Part shown: positions 40,374 through 51,101 of the stretch, one piece after another
Layout of the letters: each line of letters begins with the position of its first letter
Numbering within the stretch: the first letter of the stretch is position 1
Assembly (NCBI GenBank): GCA_038127535.1
Contig: JAYPHU010000004.1
Location: forward strand, 14,232-78,231
Reading direction: 5' to 3'
DNA: 64,000 bases
Source of the DNA: Rhodospirillaceae bacterium
GTDB taxonomy: Bacteria; Pseudomonadota; Alphaproteobacteria; Rhodospirillales; UBA2165
Made by a program: the position numbers and the translations under genes
The notes under the pieces: model-generated
Told to the model about the DNA's origin: nothing
Databases searched by the model: none
Seen by the model: only the letters and a program-made list of their open reading frames with translations

Positions 40374-40735
40374 ATGCCCCGCATCCTGCTCGTGGACGAC
40401 GATCAAAACTTTGTCGAAATAGTCCAGGCTTTGCTGGAAGCCGACGGCCACGAGGTGACGCCTGAGGAAGACGGCGAGCAGGCTTTAACAGCTCTGGAAA
40501 ACGCCGAATTCGATTTGATGATTACGGATATCATCATGCCTAAGATCGAGGCATTGAGCTAATCCGTAAAAGCAAAGCGATCTATCCAAGCATAGGCATT
40601 CTCGCCATCTCGGCACGGGATAAGTATTCCCCGATCCACCTGACCAACGCCAAGAATTTCGTCGCTGATGAGGTGATTCCCAGAACGATCGATCCCGCCG
40701 GCTTTATCCAGGCAGTCTTCCAATTGGTGGGCTAG
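40374..40735 (+). pseudogene. Receiver-domain response regulator with a frameshift near 40550
   Basis: RILLVDDD...FDLMITDIIMPKIE then stop; a shifted frame continues GIELIR...ILAIS...to TAG 40735. Confidence 0.75.
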
Positions 40736-40738
40736 CCT

Positions 40739-41638
40739 TTAATTTTCAGAATCCTCGGCTTTACGGCCCAGGGCTGTGTAGACAATCGCCACCAGCACCA
40801 ATGCAACGCCGAAAAACTGCCACGGCGTCAGAATCTGGCCCAGGAACACCACGCCGATGATCAGGCTGGCGAGTGGTTCGAAATTCATCAACAGCCCCGC
40901 CTTCACTGCACCGATCCTGGAGACCGCCACGAACATGCCGATGATGGCAAAGCTATAGAACACCCCGGTGCTGAGAAAGACTGTCCAGCCCGTTGATCCT
41001 TCGGGCAAATGGAACTCTCCAGCGATGAGATCCATGACGATGTAAACCAGCGCGCCCGAGCACAGCATGTAAAAGCTCACCGGCCGGGAGTCCTGCCCAC
41101 GGATCAACCGGTTCATCAGCACCAACATGGTGGCGAACAGCATAGCAGCCGCTGTCGCCATGGCGATACCGATAAGATCAAGGCTGAGCCCGATCACATC
41201 CAGGGCGAACGCGAGGCCGATAAACGCCAGCACAAGCGCGGTGATCAGCCGGCCGGTCAGTTTCTCCTGCCCCATGGCCCAGGCGCCGAGACCCGTGAGG
41301 ATCGGATACAAGTAGAATGTCACCACCGCCAAACCCACCGGGATGTATTGGATCGCGCCCAACAGCCCATAGGAATAGCTGGCCAGGATCAGGCCCATCC
41401 CCATGGCGATGAGCTTTACCCGGCGCGGCAAATTCATCTCCACCCGCCAAAGCTTGAGGATAAGCCCCAGCGCGATGGCCGCCAGCGTTGTCCGATACGT
41501 CAAAGCGGATAAAGGATTGGCGCCGTATTCATAGGCGACCGAGGCCAGCGAAGTATTGATGGCGAAGCTGATGGCCACACAGACGGTGAGGATGGAGCCG
41601 AACAATTGGGTTCGGGACGGAGATATCGCCTCGTTCAC
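40739..41638 (-). CDS. DMT/EamA family transporter
   Basis: About 10 TM segments; YLYP, IGA.KAGLLMNFEP. Confidence 0.85.
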   Translation of the reverse strand: MNEAISPSRTQLFGSILTVCVAISFAINTSLASVAYEYGANPLSALTYRTTLAAIALGLILKLWRVEMNLPRRVKLIAMGMGLILASYSYGLLGAIQYIPVGLAVVTFYLYPILTGLGAWAMGQEKLTGRLITALVLAFIGLAFALDVIGLSLDLIGIAMATAAAMLFATMLVLMNRLIRGQDSRPVSFYMLCSGALVYIVMDLIAGEFHLPEGSTGWTVFLSTGVFYSFAIIGMFVAVSRIGAVKAGLLMNFEPLASLIIGVVFLGQILTPWQFFGVALVLVAIVYTALGRKAEDSEN

Positions 41639-41653
41639 GCGGGGCTCAACCGA

Positions 41654-42430
<777 letters not shown>

Positions 42431-42569
42431 TCTGCAGGGTCCTTAACAAACTGACGCGATCTTCTTGAATGGATCGGGCCCGGTCAAGGGGCGCGCCCGA
42501 TCTCTCACTCAATGTTTGAAGATTGGGACGTCAAAGGCCAAACTACGGCCACATTTGAGAGAGGGTTCC

Positions 42570-43130
42570 ATGTCCAGATTAAAGCTACTCGAGTATGACG
42601 AAATGACGCCGGAGCAGCAAAAGCTCCACGACGAAATCCTGTCCGGCCCCCGCAGCCGGATCGGCGGGCCGATGAACGGCTGGTTCCGGAGTCCGGAGCT
42701 GGGCTCCCTCATCCAGAAGTTCGGGGCATATTGCCGCTATCACACGACATTGGACCCCAAATTGTCGGAGCTCGCCATCCTCGTGGTCGCCAAAGACTGG
42801 CGTCAGCCGGTGGAATGGGCGGCGCACAAGCCCATCGCGCTGGATCAGGGTCTGGACCCGGCCATCCCCGAGGCCATCCTCGCCGGCGAGCGGCCCCAGT
42901 TTAACTCAAAGGAAGAGGAAGCCGTCTATGAAGTGGCGAACGAGGTGCTGACCACTAAGAAGCTGTCGGAGGCCACTTACAAACGCGCCTTGGATATCTT
43001 TGGTGAAAATACCCTGTTCGAACTGACCGCCATCATCAGCTATTACCTCTGCATCGCTTTGCAGATGAACTGTTTCGCCGTCAGTGTGGCCGAAGGCGTG
43101 GAGAACGCCTTCTCCGACGACGAGGGCTAG
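42570..43130 (+). CDS. Carboxymuconolactone decarboxylase/AhpD-like family protein
   Basis: MTPEQ....I.SGPR...GGP...W.RSP, ELAIL, EW.AH...A...G, IISYY. Confidence 0.8.
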   Translation: MSRLKLLEYDEMTPEQQKLHDEILSGPRSRIGGPMNGWFRSPELGSLIQKFGAYCRYHTTLDPKLSELAILVVAKDWRQPVEWAAHKPIALDQGLDPAIPEAILAGERPQFNSKEEEAVYEVANEVLTTKKLSEATYKRALDIFGENTLFELTAIISYYLCIALQMNCFAVSVAEGVENAFSDDEG

Positions 43131-43137
43131 CCGCTCC

Positions 43138-43611
43138 ATGACGCATCCGGGATATATCGATCGCTGTTACCAGGATATCGATCTGGACAAGGTGGAGCGG
43201 GTCGATGGCTACAAAGTGACCAAGGAAGACACGATCTCCTTTGCCGAAATGTGGGACCAAATGGATTTCCACATCGACGAGGAAAAGGCCAAGGGCTCGG
43301 CTCATGGCGCCTTGATCGCGCCGGGCACCATGACCCTAGCGATCCGGATCAAGCTGCTGCAGAGCCAAGGGATCAACCGGCGCGTCCTGGCCTCCGGCGG
43401 TTATGACGAAATCCGCTTCGCCAAGCCGCTCTATGTCGGGGACACGGTCCATTTGGAAACCAAGTGCGTTGACAAGCGGCTCTCCAGATCCAAGCCGGGG
43501 ATCGGCGTCTGCCGGCTGTATTCGGAAATGTTCAATCAGAACAATGAGCCGGTGCTGACCATGTTCGACACGATCCTGGTGGAGGTCGACCCGGCGCGCC
43601 CGGCGGAATAA
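43138..43611 (+). CDS. MaoC/hotdog-fold dehydratase
   Basis: I.FA..WD...FHIDEE.A, GALIAPG..T, EIRF.KPLYVGD. Confidence 0.82.
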   Translation: MTHPGYIDRCYQDIDLDKVERVDGYKVTKEDTISFAEMWDQMDFHIDEEKAKGSAHGALIAPGTMTLAIRIKLLQSQGINRRVLASGGYDEIRFAKPLYVGDTVHLETKCVDKRLSRSKPGIGVCRLYSEMFNQNNEPVLTMFDTILVEVDPARPAE

Positions 43612-43714
43612 TCCCGCGAAAACAAACCCGCGTGAGGCCGGGCATCCGGGCTTGGATCAGCGGCCCGCGCCCGCTACAGTTCACATAACGCAACAACACT
43701 TTAGGAGGCAAAAA

Positions 43715-44113
43715 ATGGCTGGACCGGATATGGATTGGGCTGGATTGGTGGAGATGTGCACCGACAAGGGGCTCTTGGCGAAGAAAATGTACGTGGTGTT
43801 CACTTCACCGACTAACGGGCTGGGCCCGGTCATGGAAAATGTGGAGGAACATCTGGCCTTTCAGCATGAGCTACAGAACCGGGGCATTATGTTCGGCGCA
43901 GGGCCGTTCGCCGATGATGCGGAGCAGGATTGGGAAGGCGAAGGCATGGTCATCATTCGCGCCGACAGTCTGGAAGAAGCCACCAAGATCGCCGAGAGCG
44001 ATCCCATGCATTCCAGCGGCGCACGGAGCTTCCGCATCCGGCCCTGGCTACTGAACGAAGGCAAGGTGACCATCGAGCTCACCTTCTCCGACAAGGGTAT
44101 GAAGGTTATCTAG
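43715..44113 (+). CDS. YciI family protein
   Basis: EHLAFQ..L...G..FGAGP, GMVIIRA.SLEEA..IAE.DP.H..G.R....PW; RBS AGGAGG. Confidence 0.85.
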   Translation: MAGPDMDWAGLVEMCTDKGLLAKKMYVVFTSPTNGLGPVMENVEEHLAFQHELQNRGIMFGAGPFADDAEQDWEGEGMVIIRADSLEEATKIAESDPMHSSGARSFRIRPWLLNEGKVTIELTFSDKGMKVI

Positions 44114-44123
44114 GGTCCGGGCC

Positions 44124-45107
44124 CTAAGGCCGGTAAATTACGTTCCCTGAGGTTTTCCGCGCCTCCAGGTCGATATGTGCCTGGCGGGCGTCTTTCAACG
44201 CGTATTCGCCGCCGATTTCGATCTTGACGATGCCGCGGCCGACCAGGTCCATGACCTTGTTCGCCCCGGTTTCCAGTTCCTCGCGGTTGCGCACATGGTT
44301 GTGCATCGACGTCCGCTGGAAATAGAGCGAGCCCTTGTGCATCAGATCGAACGGATCGACCATGGGGAAATTGCCGGACGCATTGCCGTAGCCGATCAGG
44401 AACCCCCGTTCCGCCAGACAATCAAGAGAGCCGGCGTAGGTCGCCGCGCCGACGCCGTCATAAACCACCGGCACACCGACCCCGTCGGTGATCTCGCGTA
44501 CCCGTTTGGTGAAATCCTCTTCGCTGTAGTTGATCGTGTGATCGCAGCCGTATTTCTTGGCGATCTCCGCCTTCGCGTTAGAACCCACGGTGCCGATCAC
44601 GGTTGCGCCTAAATGCTTTGCCCATTGCACCATGAACAGCCCGACGCCGCCGGCCGCCGCTTGGATGAGGATCGTCTCGCCGGCCTTCACATCGTATGAC
44701 TGGCGGAGAAGATAATTGGCTGTTAGCCCTTTCACCATCATCGCCGCGCCGTCCTCGAAGGAAATTTCGTCCGGCAATTTGACCACGAACTCCGCCGGGA
44801 TCAGCCGGGCCTGCGCGTAGGATCCCATGGGGCCAGTGCCATAGGCCACCCGGTCGCCGGCTTTGACGTGGCTGACGTTTTCGCCCACGGCCTCGATCAC
44901 GCCGGACCCGTCGCCGCCGATGATCGCTGGAAACTTGTCGCCGGGAATTTTGTAGGAGCCGGTACGGTGATAGGTGTCTCGAAAGTTCAGGCTCATGGCC
45001 TCGTGGCGGAGGCGCACTTCGTCCGGCCCCGGTTCGCCGACCTCGATATCCTCCCATTGCAGGACGTCGGGGCCTCCGTATTCGTGAATGACGATTGCTT
45101 TGGTCAT
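44124..45107 (-). CDS. qor: NADPH:quinone oxidoreductase (MDR family)
   Basis: YGGPDVL, LNF.D.Y.R.G.Y, KGLTA.YL, AAAGGVG, VVYDGVG, YGNASG, AH.DLEARKT.G. Confidence 0.88.
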   Translation of the reverse strand: MTKAIVIHEYGGPDVLQWEDIEVGEPGPDEVRLRHEAMSLNFRDTYHRTGSYKIPGDKFPAIIGGDGSGVIEAVGENVSHVKAGDRVAYGTGPMGSYAQARLIPAEFVVKLPDEISFEDGAAMMVKGLTANYLLRQSYDVKAGETILIQAAAGGVGLFMVQWAKHLGATVIGTVGSNAKAEIAKKYGCDHTINYSEEDFTKRVREITDGVGVPVVYDGVGAATYAGSLDCLAERGFLIGYGNASGNFPMVDPFDLMHKGSLYFQRTSMHNHVRNREELETGANKVMDLVGRGIVKIEIGGEYALKDARQAHIDLEARKTSGNVIYRP

Positions 45108-45244
45108 GATTTCCCTGTGTTTATGTAGCGGCAACGTCCCTTGAACTTACTCAGCCAGCTTCCAGCGCTCAACCTCCGATCCCGCCTAGGAGTTGAAAAT
45201 TCCGCGATCCCGCCGCACAATCATCGCCAACAAAGGAAACCGCG

Positions 45245-46168
45245 ATGATCAAGGTAAGAGACGTCCTCTACGCCCGCTTCCGGGCGCCGGACCTGGACAA
45301 GATGGAGACCTTCCTGACCGATTTCGGCCTGACCCGGTCGGCCCGGACGGAGACCGCGCTCTATATGCGCGGGACCGATCCCCATCATCATGCGCATATT
45401 ACCGAGTTGGGGGACGAGCCCGCCTTTATCGGCTTTGCCTTCGAAGCCAACAGCGAAGACGACCTGGCCGCGATCGCCCAAGCCGAAGGTGCATCAGACG
45501 TCGAAGAGATCAAGGAGCCCGGCGGCGGTAAACGGGTACGCCTGACGGACCCGGACGGCTTTCAGGTGGAGATCGTCCACGGCATCGAAAAACCCGCGCC
45601 CCAGCCCTTGATCAACCACTACGAAAGCAACTACGGCAGCAACCGGCAGCGGCGGGGCGAACTGGTCCGGCTGACACGCGGGTCCGCCCAATGCAAACGG
45701 TTGGGGCACGTGGTACTGAACATCACCGACTTCAAAACCACCGACACGTTTTACAAATCCCATTTCGGCATGGTGAGTTCCGATGAGCTGACCAACGACG
45801 AGGGCGAGGTCATCATGGCCTTCAACCGAGTCGACCGGGGCCAGGAATTCGTCGATCACCACACGCTGCTAACGGTGCCAATGGAGAATGCCGGCCTCGG
45901 CCATATCGCTTTCGAGGTGGAGGATGTGAACGCCGTCTATCTGGGCCACGAGCACTTGTTGGAACAGGGCTACAAACATTCCTGGGGGATCGGTCGGCAT
46001 ATCCTAGGCTCGCAAATCTTCGACTATTGGTTCGACCCGTATGACTTCCGGGTGGAACACTGGACCGATGGAGATCTGTTGAACGAAGACTCGCCCATGG
46101 GCACCATGCACGCCTCGGAAGCGCTCGAAGTCCAGTGGGGCAGCTCAGCGGCCAGCCGCCGCACCTAA
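45245..46168 (+). CDS. Two-domain VOC extradiol dioxygenase, 2,4,5-trihydroxytoluene oxygenase-like
   Basis: APDLD..E.FL.DFG, DPDGF.VE.VHG, RLGHVV, DHHT, H.AFEV, WGIGRH.LGSQIFDYW.DP....VEHWTDGD. Confidence 0.8.
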   Translation: MIKVRDVLYARFRAPDLDKMETFLTDFGLTRSARTETALYMRGTDPHHHAHITELGDEPAFIGFAFEANSEDDLAAIAQAEGASDVEEIKEPGGGKRVRLTDPDGFQVEIVHGIEKPAPQPLINHYESNYGSNRQRRGELVRLTRGSAQCKRLGHVVLNITDFKTTDTFYKSHFGMVSSDELTNDEGEVIMAFNRVDRGQEFVDHHTLLTVPMENAGLGHIAFEVEDVNAVYLGHEHLLEQGYKHSWGIGRHILGSQIFDYWFDPYDFRVEHWTDGDLLNEDSPMGTMHASEALEVQWGSSAASRRT

Positions 46169-46172
46169 GCGA

Positions 46173-47132
46173 TCACCGCGTGCGGCCCGGCCCGTCCAGG
46201 CCGACGTCTTCCAAATGCCCGAATAATTCCCGCAGTTTAGCCACATCAGCCTCCGGCAAGGGCGGTTTTAGGATCGACGCGAGATTGGGGGCCAGGTGAT
46301 CCGGATTGCCGGTGCCGAACAAGATCACATCCGCGCCCGGTTGATGGCGCACATACCGGTAGCAGGCGTCGATCACGCTTTCCGCGCCGCCCTCGTGCAA
46401 CAGGAACCCCAGCGGGTCATTGGCATCCACCTTGGCCGGATCAAGATCGCCCTTTTCAATCAGCTCCGCCACGTCGCCTTGGAGACGGCCCGGCACGCTG
46501 AACAGACTGCGCACCGCAAACATGATCTGCGTGCCGATCTCCAGTTCCATCGTTTTCGGAAACACCCGGCTCTCAGCACTTTGGTTCATTAAGGAATAGG
46601 CGAGCATCACAACGTCGAAGCAATTGTCCTCGAACGCGCGCTGCAGCATGTCGTGGCTGGGATCGATCTGGGCATATTCGCTCGCCGCCAAGTGCCGTAG
46701 CTTGCCTTTTTCTTTTTCCTTCAGGAGCGCCGGCACCACCTCGTCGATCACCCGGTCGTAAGTCTTAAGACTCAGTCCGTGGACATGGAATATATCCACA
46801 TAGTCAGTGTCCAGCTTACGGAGCGAGTCGTCTAGCCCATCCAGGATATCCTGCGCATCGAAATTGTTGCCGCCCCACACCGCGTGATGCTTGGTGGAGA
46901 TCACCACGGAATCCCGGGGCACCGCCTTAATCGCGTCGCCGACGATTTCCTCTGTGCCGTAGGAGCTCGCCGTGTCCAGCATGTTGACTCCCAGGTCCAT
47001 GGCCTGGCGCACAAGGGCCACCGAATGGCCGTGGCTTTTGCCCTGCGCCTGGCCTAGCCGCGAGCCGCCGCCGCAGCCCAAACCGGCCACGCTGACCTTC
47101 AATCCCGTCCGTCCGAGGGTGATGTAATCCAT
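46173..47132 (-). CDS. Aldo/keto reductase
   Basis: LGRTGLKVS..GLG, DTA..YGTE, ISTK, SL.KL.TDYVD..HVH. Confidence 0.88.
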   Translation of the reverse strand: MDYITLGRTGLKVSVAGLGCGGGSRLGQAQGKSHGHSVALVRQAMDLGVNMLDTASSYGTEEIVGDAIKAVPRDSVVISTKHHAVWGGNNFDAQDILDGLDDSLRKLDTDYVDIFHVHGLSLKTYDRVIDEVVPALLKEKEKGKLRHLAASEYAQIDPSHDMLQRAFEDNCFDVVMLAYSLMNQSAESRVFPKTMELEIGTQIMFAVRSLFSVPGRLQGDVAELIEKGDLDPAKVDANDPLGFLLHEGGAESVIDACYRYVRHQPGADVILFGTGNPDHLAPNLASILKPPLPEADVAKLRELFGHLEDVGLDGPGRTR

Positions 47133-47245
47133 ATGCTTTTGCGCCCATTTCCCGCCGCTGTCGGTCAGGCTTAGCGCCTGGATTCAGTCGCGGCAAGGCC
47201 GTAGGATATTTGGTAACGACCAATACCAAATCGGGGAGGAACATC

Positions 47246-47776
47246 ATGGTAGAGAAAATCCGGCGGCTGGTGACCGGCCACAATGACGACGGCCAATCGG
47301 TCTTTATCTTCAACGGCGACGCGACGGCGGTAAAGGAAATGGAGTCCATGCCGGGCCTGGCGCTGACCGACCTGTGGGTTACCAACGGCGCGCCGGCCGA
47401 CAATACCGGCAGTGTGGACGCCGCCGACCGACCCGTGGTGTTAGAGCCCCCGGCCCACGGCACGATCTTCCGCATTGTCGAGTTTCCGCCCGATTCCGCC
47501 TGGCGGGATTCGGCGGACGCCATGGAGGCGTTTGAATCCATCGGCGCTGGCCACGCCAAGGACACCGCCACGGATGATCCGATGATGCACAAGACCGCGA
47601 CAGTGGATTACCTGATCGTCCTCAAGGGGGAGATTTGGGCCATCCTGGAAACCGAAGAGGTCTGCCTCAAACAGGGCGACGTGATGATCCAGCGGGGCAC
47701 TAACCATTCCTGGAGCGTGCGCACGGAAGAGCCCTGCCTGCTGGCCGCCATCCTGGTAAACGCCGACCCGGTTTAA
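47246..47776 (+). CDS. Cupin domain protein
   Basis: RRLVTGH...G.S, MHKT.TVDY..VL.GE, GDV.IQRGTNH.W. Confidence 0.88.
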   Translation: MVEKIRRLVTGHNDDGQSVFIFNGDATAVKEMESMPGLALTDLWVTNGAPADNTGSVDAADRPVVLEPPAHGTIFRIVEFPPDSAWRDSADAMEAFESIGAGHAKDTATDDPMMHKTATVDYLIVLKGEIWAILETEEVCLKQGDVMIQRGTNHSWSVRTEEPCLLAAILVNADPV

Positions 47777-47780
47777 TTTC

Positions 47781-49310
47781 GTGAACCTTGCCGCACTCTT
47801 GGAGAAAGCCGCCCGCACCTGGGGCGACCGCCCTGCCCTGGCGCTGGGCGGCAGCATGGTCTTCGACTATGCGGGGACTGCGGCGCGGGTGGGACGGTTG
47901 GCCGGCGGCTTGCGGGACAGCCTCGGCCTGGCGCCCGGCGACCGGGTGGCCATCGCCATGAAGAACTGCCCGGCCTATAGCGACGTGTTGTTCGCCGCCT
48001 GGCACGTGGGCTGCACCGCGGTCCCCATGAACGCCAAGCTGCACGAAAACGAGTTCGCCTACATGATGGAACATTCGGGCGCGAAAGTCTGCTTTGTCAC
48101 CAGCGACCTGGCGGAGACCATTCACGCGGCGGCGGAAAAAGCCGGTACTGGCGTGCGCATCATCGACGCCGCCAGCAAAGACTATCAGGCGCTCTCCTCC
48201 TCGGACGGCATTTCTTTGCAAGACGTTTCCCCCGACGACGTGGCCTGGCTGTTTTACACCAGCGGCACCACCGGCCGGCCCAAGGGCGCCATGCTGACCC
48301 ACCGCAACCTCCTCATGATGACCGTCGGCTACTACGGCGACGTAGATTTGGTAGGCCCTGGCGAGACGTTCCTGCATGCCGCGCCCATGTCCCATGGCTC
48401 CGGGCTTTACATCCTGCCCTATGTGGCCAAGGGTGCATGCCAGTTGATCCCGGAAAGCGGCGGGTTTGATCCGGCGGAGGTGTTGGAGCTGTTCCGCGCC
48501 TATCCGGATGTGGGCTGCTTCTTCGCCCCGACCATGGTCACTAGACTGATCAACGCGCCGCAGATCGGCGACTACCGCCCGGCAGACCTCAAGACCATCG
48601 TCTATGGCGGCGGGCCCATGTATGCGGAAGACTGCCTGAAAGCCCTCGACATCCTGGGGCCCAAGCTGGTGCAGATTTACGGCCAGGGTGAATCGCCCAT
48701 GACCATCACCGCGCTCAGCCGGGACGCCCATTCGAACACCGCTCATCCCCGCTATCTGGAACGCCTGGCCTCCGTCGGCACGGCGCGAACGGATTTGGAA
48801 GTGCGGATCACGGACGAGGACGATAACCCGCTCCCCGCCGGGGAGATCGGCGAGGTCTGCGTCCGGGGCGACGTGGTCATGCGCGGCTATTGGGACAACC
48901 CGGACGCCAGCACCGAAAGCCTCAAGGGCGGCTGGCTGCACACCGGCGATATGGGCGTGCTCGACGCGGACGGGTTCCTGACCCTGAAAGACCGATCCAA
49001 GGACGTGATCATCTCCGGCGGCTCCAACATCTATCCGCGCGAGGTGGAAGAGGTCCTGTTGCGCCACCCGGATGTGCTGGAAGTTTCCGTCGTCGGCGAA
49101 CCTCATGCCGATTGGGGGGAGGCCGTGATCGCGTTCGTCGTGCCCCGGCCCGGCGGTGATCCGGCGGAGGCCGAGCTGGATCAGCTTTGCCTCGACAATA
49201 TCGCCCGGTTCAAACGGCCCAAGGCCTACCACCTGATCGACGCTCTGCCGAAGAACAATTACGGCAAGGTGCTGAAGACCGAACTTCGGGCGAGGCTGGC
49301 GGAGAAGTAG
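47781..49310 (+). CDS. Acyl-CoA synthetase (AMP-binding)
   Basis: YTSGTTGRPKG, IYGQGESP, GWLHTGD, DRSKDVIISGGSNIYPREVE, PKNNYGKVLK. Confidence 0.9.
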   Translation: MNLAALLEKAARTWGDRPALALGGSMVFDYAGTAARVGRLAGGLRDSLGLAPGDRVAIAMKNCPAYSDVLFAAWHVGCTAVPMNAKLHENEFAYMMEHSGAKVCFVTSDLAETIHAAAEKAGTGVRIIDAASKDYQALSSSDGISLQDVSPDDVAWLFYTSGTTGRPKGAMLTHRNLLMMTVGYYGDVDLVGPGETFLHAAPMSHGSGLYILPYVAKGACQLIPESGGFDPAEVLELFRAYPDVGCFFAPTMVTRLINAPQIGDYRPADLKTIVYGGGPMYAEDCLKALDILGPKLVQIYGQGESPMTITALSRDAHSNTAHPRYLERLASVGTARTDLEVRITDEDDNPLPAGEIGEVCVRGDVVMRGYWDNPDASTESLKGGWLHTGDMGVLDADGFLTLKDRSKDVIISGGSNIYPREVEEVLLRHPDVLEVSVVGEPHADWGEAVIAFVVPRPGGDPAEAELDQLCLDNIARFKRPKAYHLIDALPKNNYGKVLKTELRARLAEK

Positions 49311-49407
49311 GCTGCAAATATCGCCAATTTTCTTCGGGCCGACTCACCAAATGTTAACGAGTCTCCTCTAGGGTGTGATTATCCCCTTCACCCAGGAGAT
49401 ACGCGAT

Positions 49408-49557
49408 ATGTTTCTAGATTACCGATGGGATTCTGCGTCCAAAATGTGGATTGTCGTGGATACCCGGACCAACCAGCTTGTTTCCTCACACTGGACGGCC
49501 AACGAGGCCATCGATTTGATTATGCGTCTGGAGGTCGAGAAAGACCAAGCGGCATAA
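49408..49557 (+). CDS. Small hypothetical protein (49 aa)
   Basis: Strong RBS AGGAGA before ATG 49408; followed by a terminator. Confidence 0.55.
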   Translation: MFLDYRWDSASKMWIVVDTRTNQLVSSHWTANEAIDLIMRLEVEKDQAA

Positions 49558-49588
49558 AACGGCGCTCCTCCGTTACGCCCGGACGCAC

Positions 49589-49629
49589 AACCGGCCTCAC
49601 CGGCTCCCCCTCGGTGAGGCCGGTTTTCT
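49589..49629 (+). terminator. Rho-independent terminator
   Basis: AACCGGCCTCACCG-loop-CGGTGAGGCCGGTT-TTCT. Confidence 0.8.
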
Positions 49630-49653
49630 ATTGGGGGGATGGGTATCTACCCC

Positions 49654-50940
49654 CTACCCCTCATTAATCCCGGCGTAGCGGCGGAGGCGGATGTCGGCCT
49701 GTTCCTTGTGGCCAGCGAAGCCTTCCAGGGCGCAGAGGCGCGAGCAGTATTTGCCGATCTCCACCGAGGCTTCCTCGCTCACCTTTTGATAGGTGTGGGT
49801 CTTGATGAACTTGCCGACCCAGAGCCCGCCCGTGTAGCGCCCGGCGGTCTTGGTGGGCAGCGTGTGGTTGGTGCCGATCACCTTGTCGCCGTAGGAAACG
49901 TTGGTCTCCGGGCCCAGGAACAGCGCGCCGTAATTGGTCATGTTTGTGAGGAAGTAATCCGGGTCCTTGGTCATGACCTGCACGTGTTCGGAGGCGATCT
50001 CGTCGGCCACCTGCACCATCTCTTCATAAGAATCGCAAACGATCACCTGGCCATAGGTCTTCCACGCCTCCCCGGCGACTTCCGCCGTCGGCAGGATGGT
50101 CAACTGGCGCTCCACCTCTTTCATGGTTTCTTCCGCCAGGGCCTCGGAATTGGTCAGCAGCACCGCCGGGCTGGTCGGCCCGTGTTCCGCCTGACCCAAT
50201 AGGTCAGCAGCGCACAATTCACCGTCCACGGTCTCGTCAGCGATGATGAGGGTCTCGGTCGGGCCGGCCAGCAGATCGATGCCTACCCGGCCGAACAATT
50301 GGCGCTTTGCTTCCGCCACATAAGCGTTGCCCGGTCCGACTAGCATGTCGACCGGTGCAATCTCGTCCGTCCCCAACGCCATGGCGCCCATGGCCTGAAC
50401 GCCGCCCAAGCAATAAATCTCGTCCGCGCCGGCCAGGTCCTGGGCGACGATGATCGCCGGGCTCGGCTTGCCCTCGTAAGGCGGTGCGCAGGCGATGATC
50501 CGTTTGACGCCGGCCACTTTGGCGGTGACCACGCTCATATGGGCGGAAGCGACCATCGGGTACTTGCCGCCGGGCACATAGCAGCCGACGGAGTTCACCG
50601 GGATGTTTTTGTGGCCGAGGATCACGCCGGGATAGGTTTCCTCCTCCACATCCAACAGGGCGGCCTTTTGGATTTCCGCGAAGTTGCGGATTTGCGCCTG
50701 GGCGAACTTGATGTCCTCGATATTTTGTTCGGTGATCTGATCATAGCAGGCGTCGATCTCTTCCCGGCTTAGGTGGAATTTTTCCGGCGCCCAGCCGTCG
50801 AACTTCTCGGAATAATCCCGGAGCGCCGCATCGCCGCGCGCCTTGATGTCGTCGAGAATGCCCTCCACGGTCTGGCGCACCTGCGCCTCCGCCGTGTCTT
50901 TTTCCGTCTGAGAAACGCCTTCCTTGAGCCACCGCGCCAT
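49654..50940 (-). CDS. hisD: Histidinol dehydrogenase family paralog (HpsN/sulfopropanediol dehydrogenase-related)
   Basis: [55 protein letters not shown]; not in a his operon. Confidence 0.8.
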   Translation of the reverse strand: MARWLKEGVSQTEKDTAEAQVRQTVEGILDDIKARGDAALRDYSEKFDGWAPEKFHLSREEIDACYDQITEQNIEDIKFAQAQIRNFAEIQKAALLDVEEETYPGVILGHKNIPVNSVGCYVPGGKYPMVASAHMSVVTAKVAGVKRIIACAPPYEGKPSPAIIVAQDLAGADEIYCLGGVQAMGAMALGTDEIAPVDMLVGPGNAYVAEAKRQLFGRVGIDLLAGPTETLIIADETVDGELCAADLLGQAEHGPTSPAVLLTNSEALAEETMKEVERQLTILPTAEVAGEAWKTYGQVIVCDSYEEMVQVADEIASEHVQVMTKDPDYFLTNMTNYGALFLGPETNVSYGDKVIGTNHTLPTKTAGRYTGGLWVGKFIKTHTYQKVSEEASVEIGKYCSRLCALEGFAGHKEQADIRLRRYAGINEG

Positions 50941-51101
50941 GATCTCCTCCACTCTTCGAAACGTGTGTGTCTGTTCGGTGATGAATACGGTTTCGCCTCG
51001 GATTCTTCAAGCCGCTAACGGGTATTTGATCCGGCGGTGTGGCGTTTACACCGACCGAAACACTTGCTACGGAGAAAACAGATATTGCGGGGAGGCGGCA
51101 G

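Noticed and set aside
47700-49232. 510-aa minus-strand ORF, and similar long antisense ORFs (4022-5158, 7162-8349, 12379-13362, 26044-27120, 57783-58886, 62114-63124)
   Set aside because: Shadow ORFs opposite well-supported genes, expected at high GC3.
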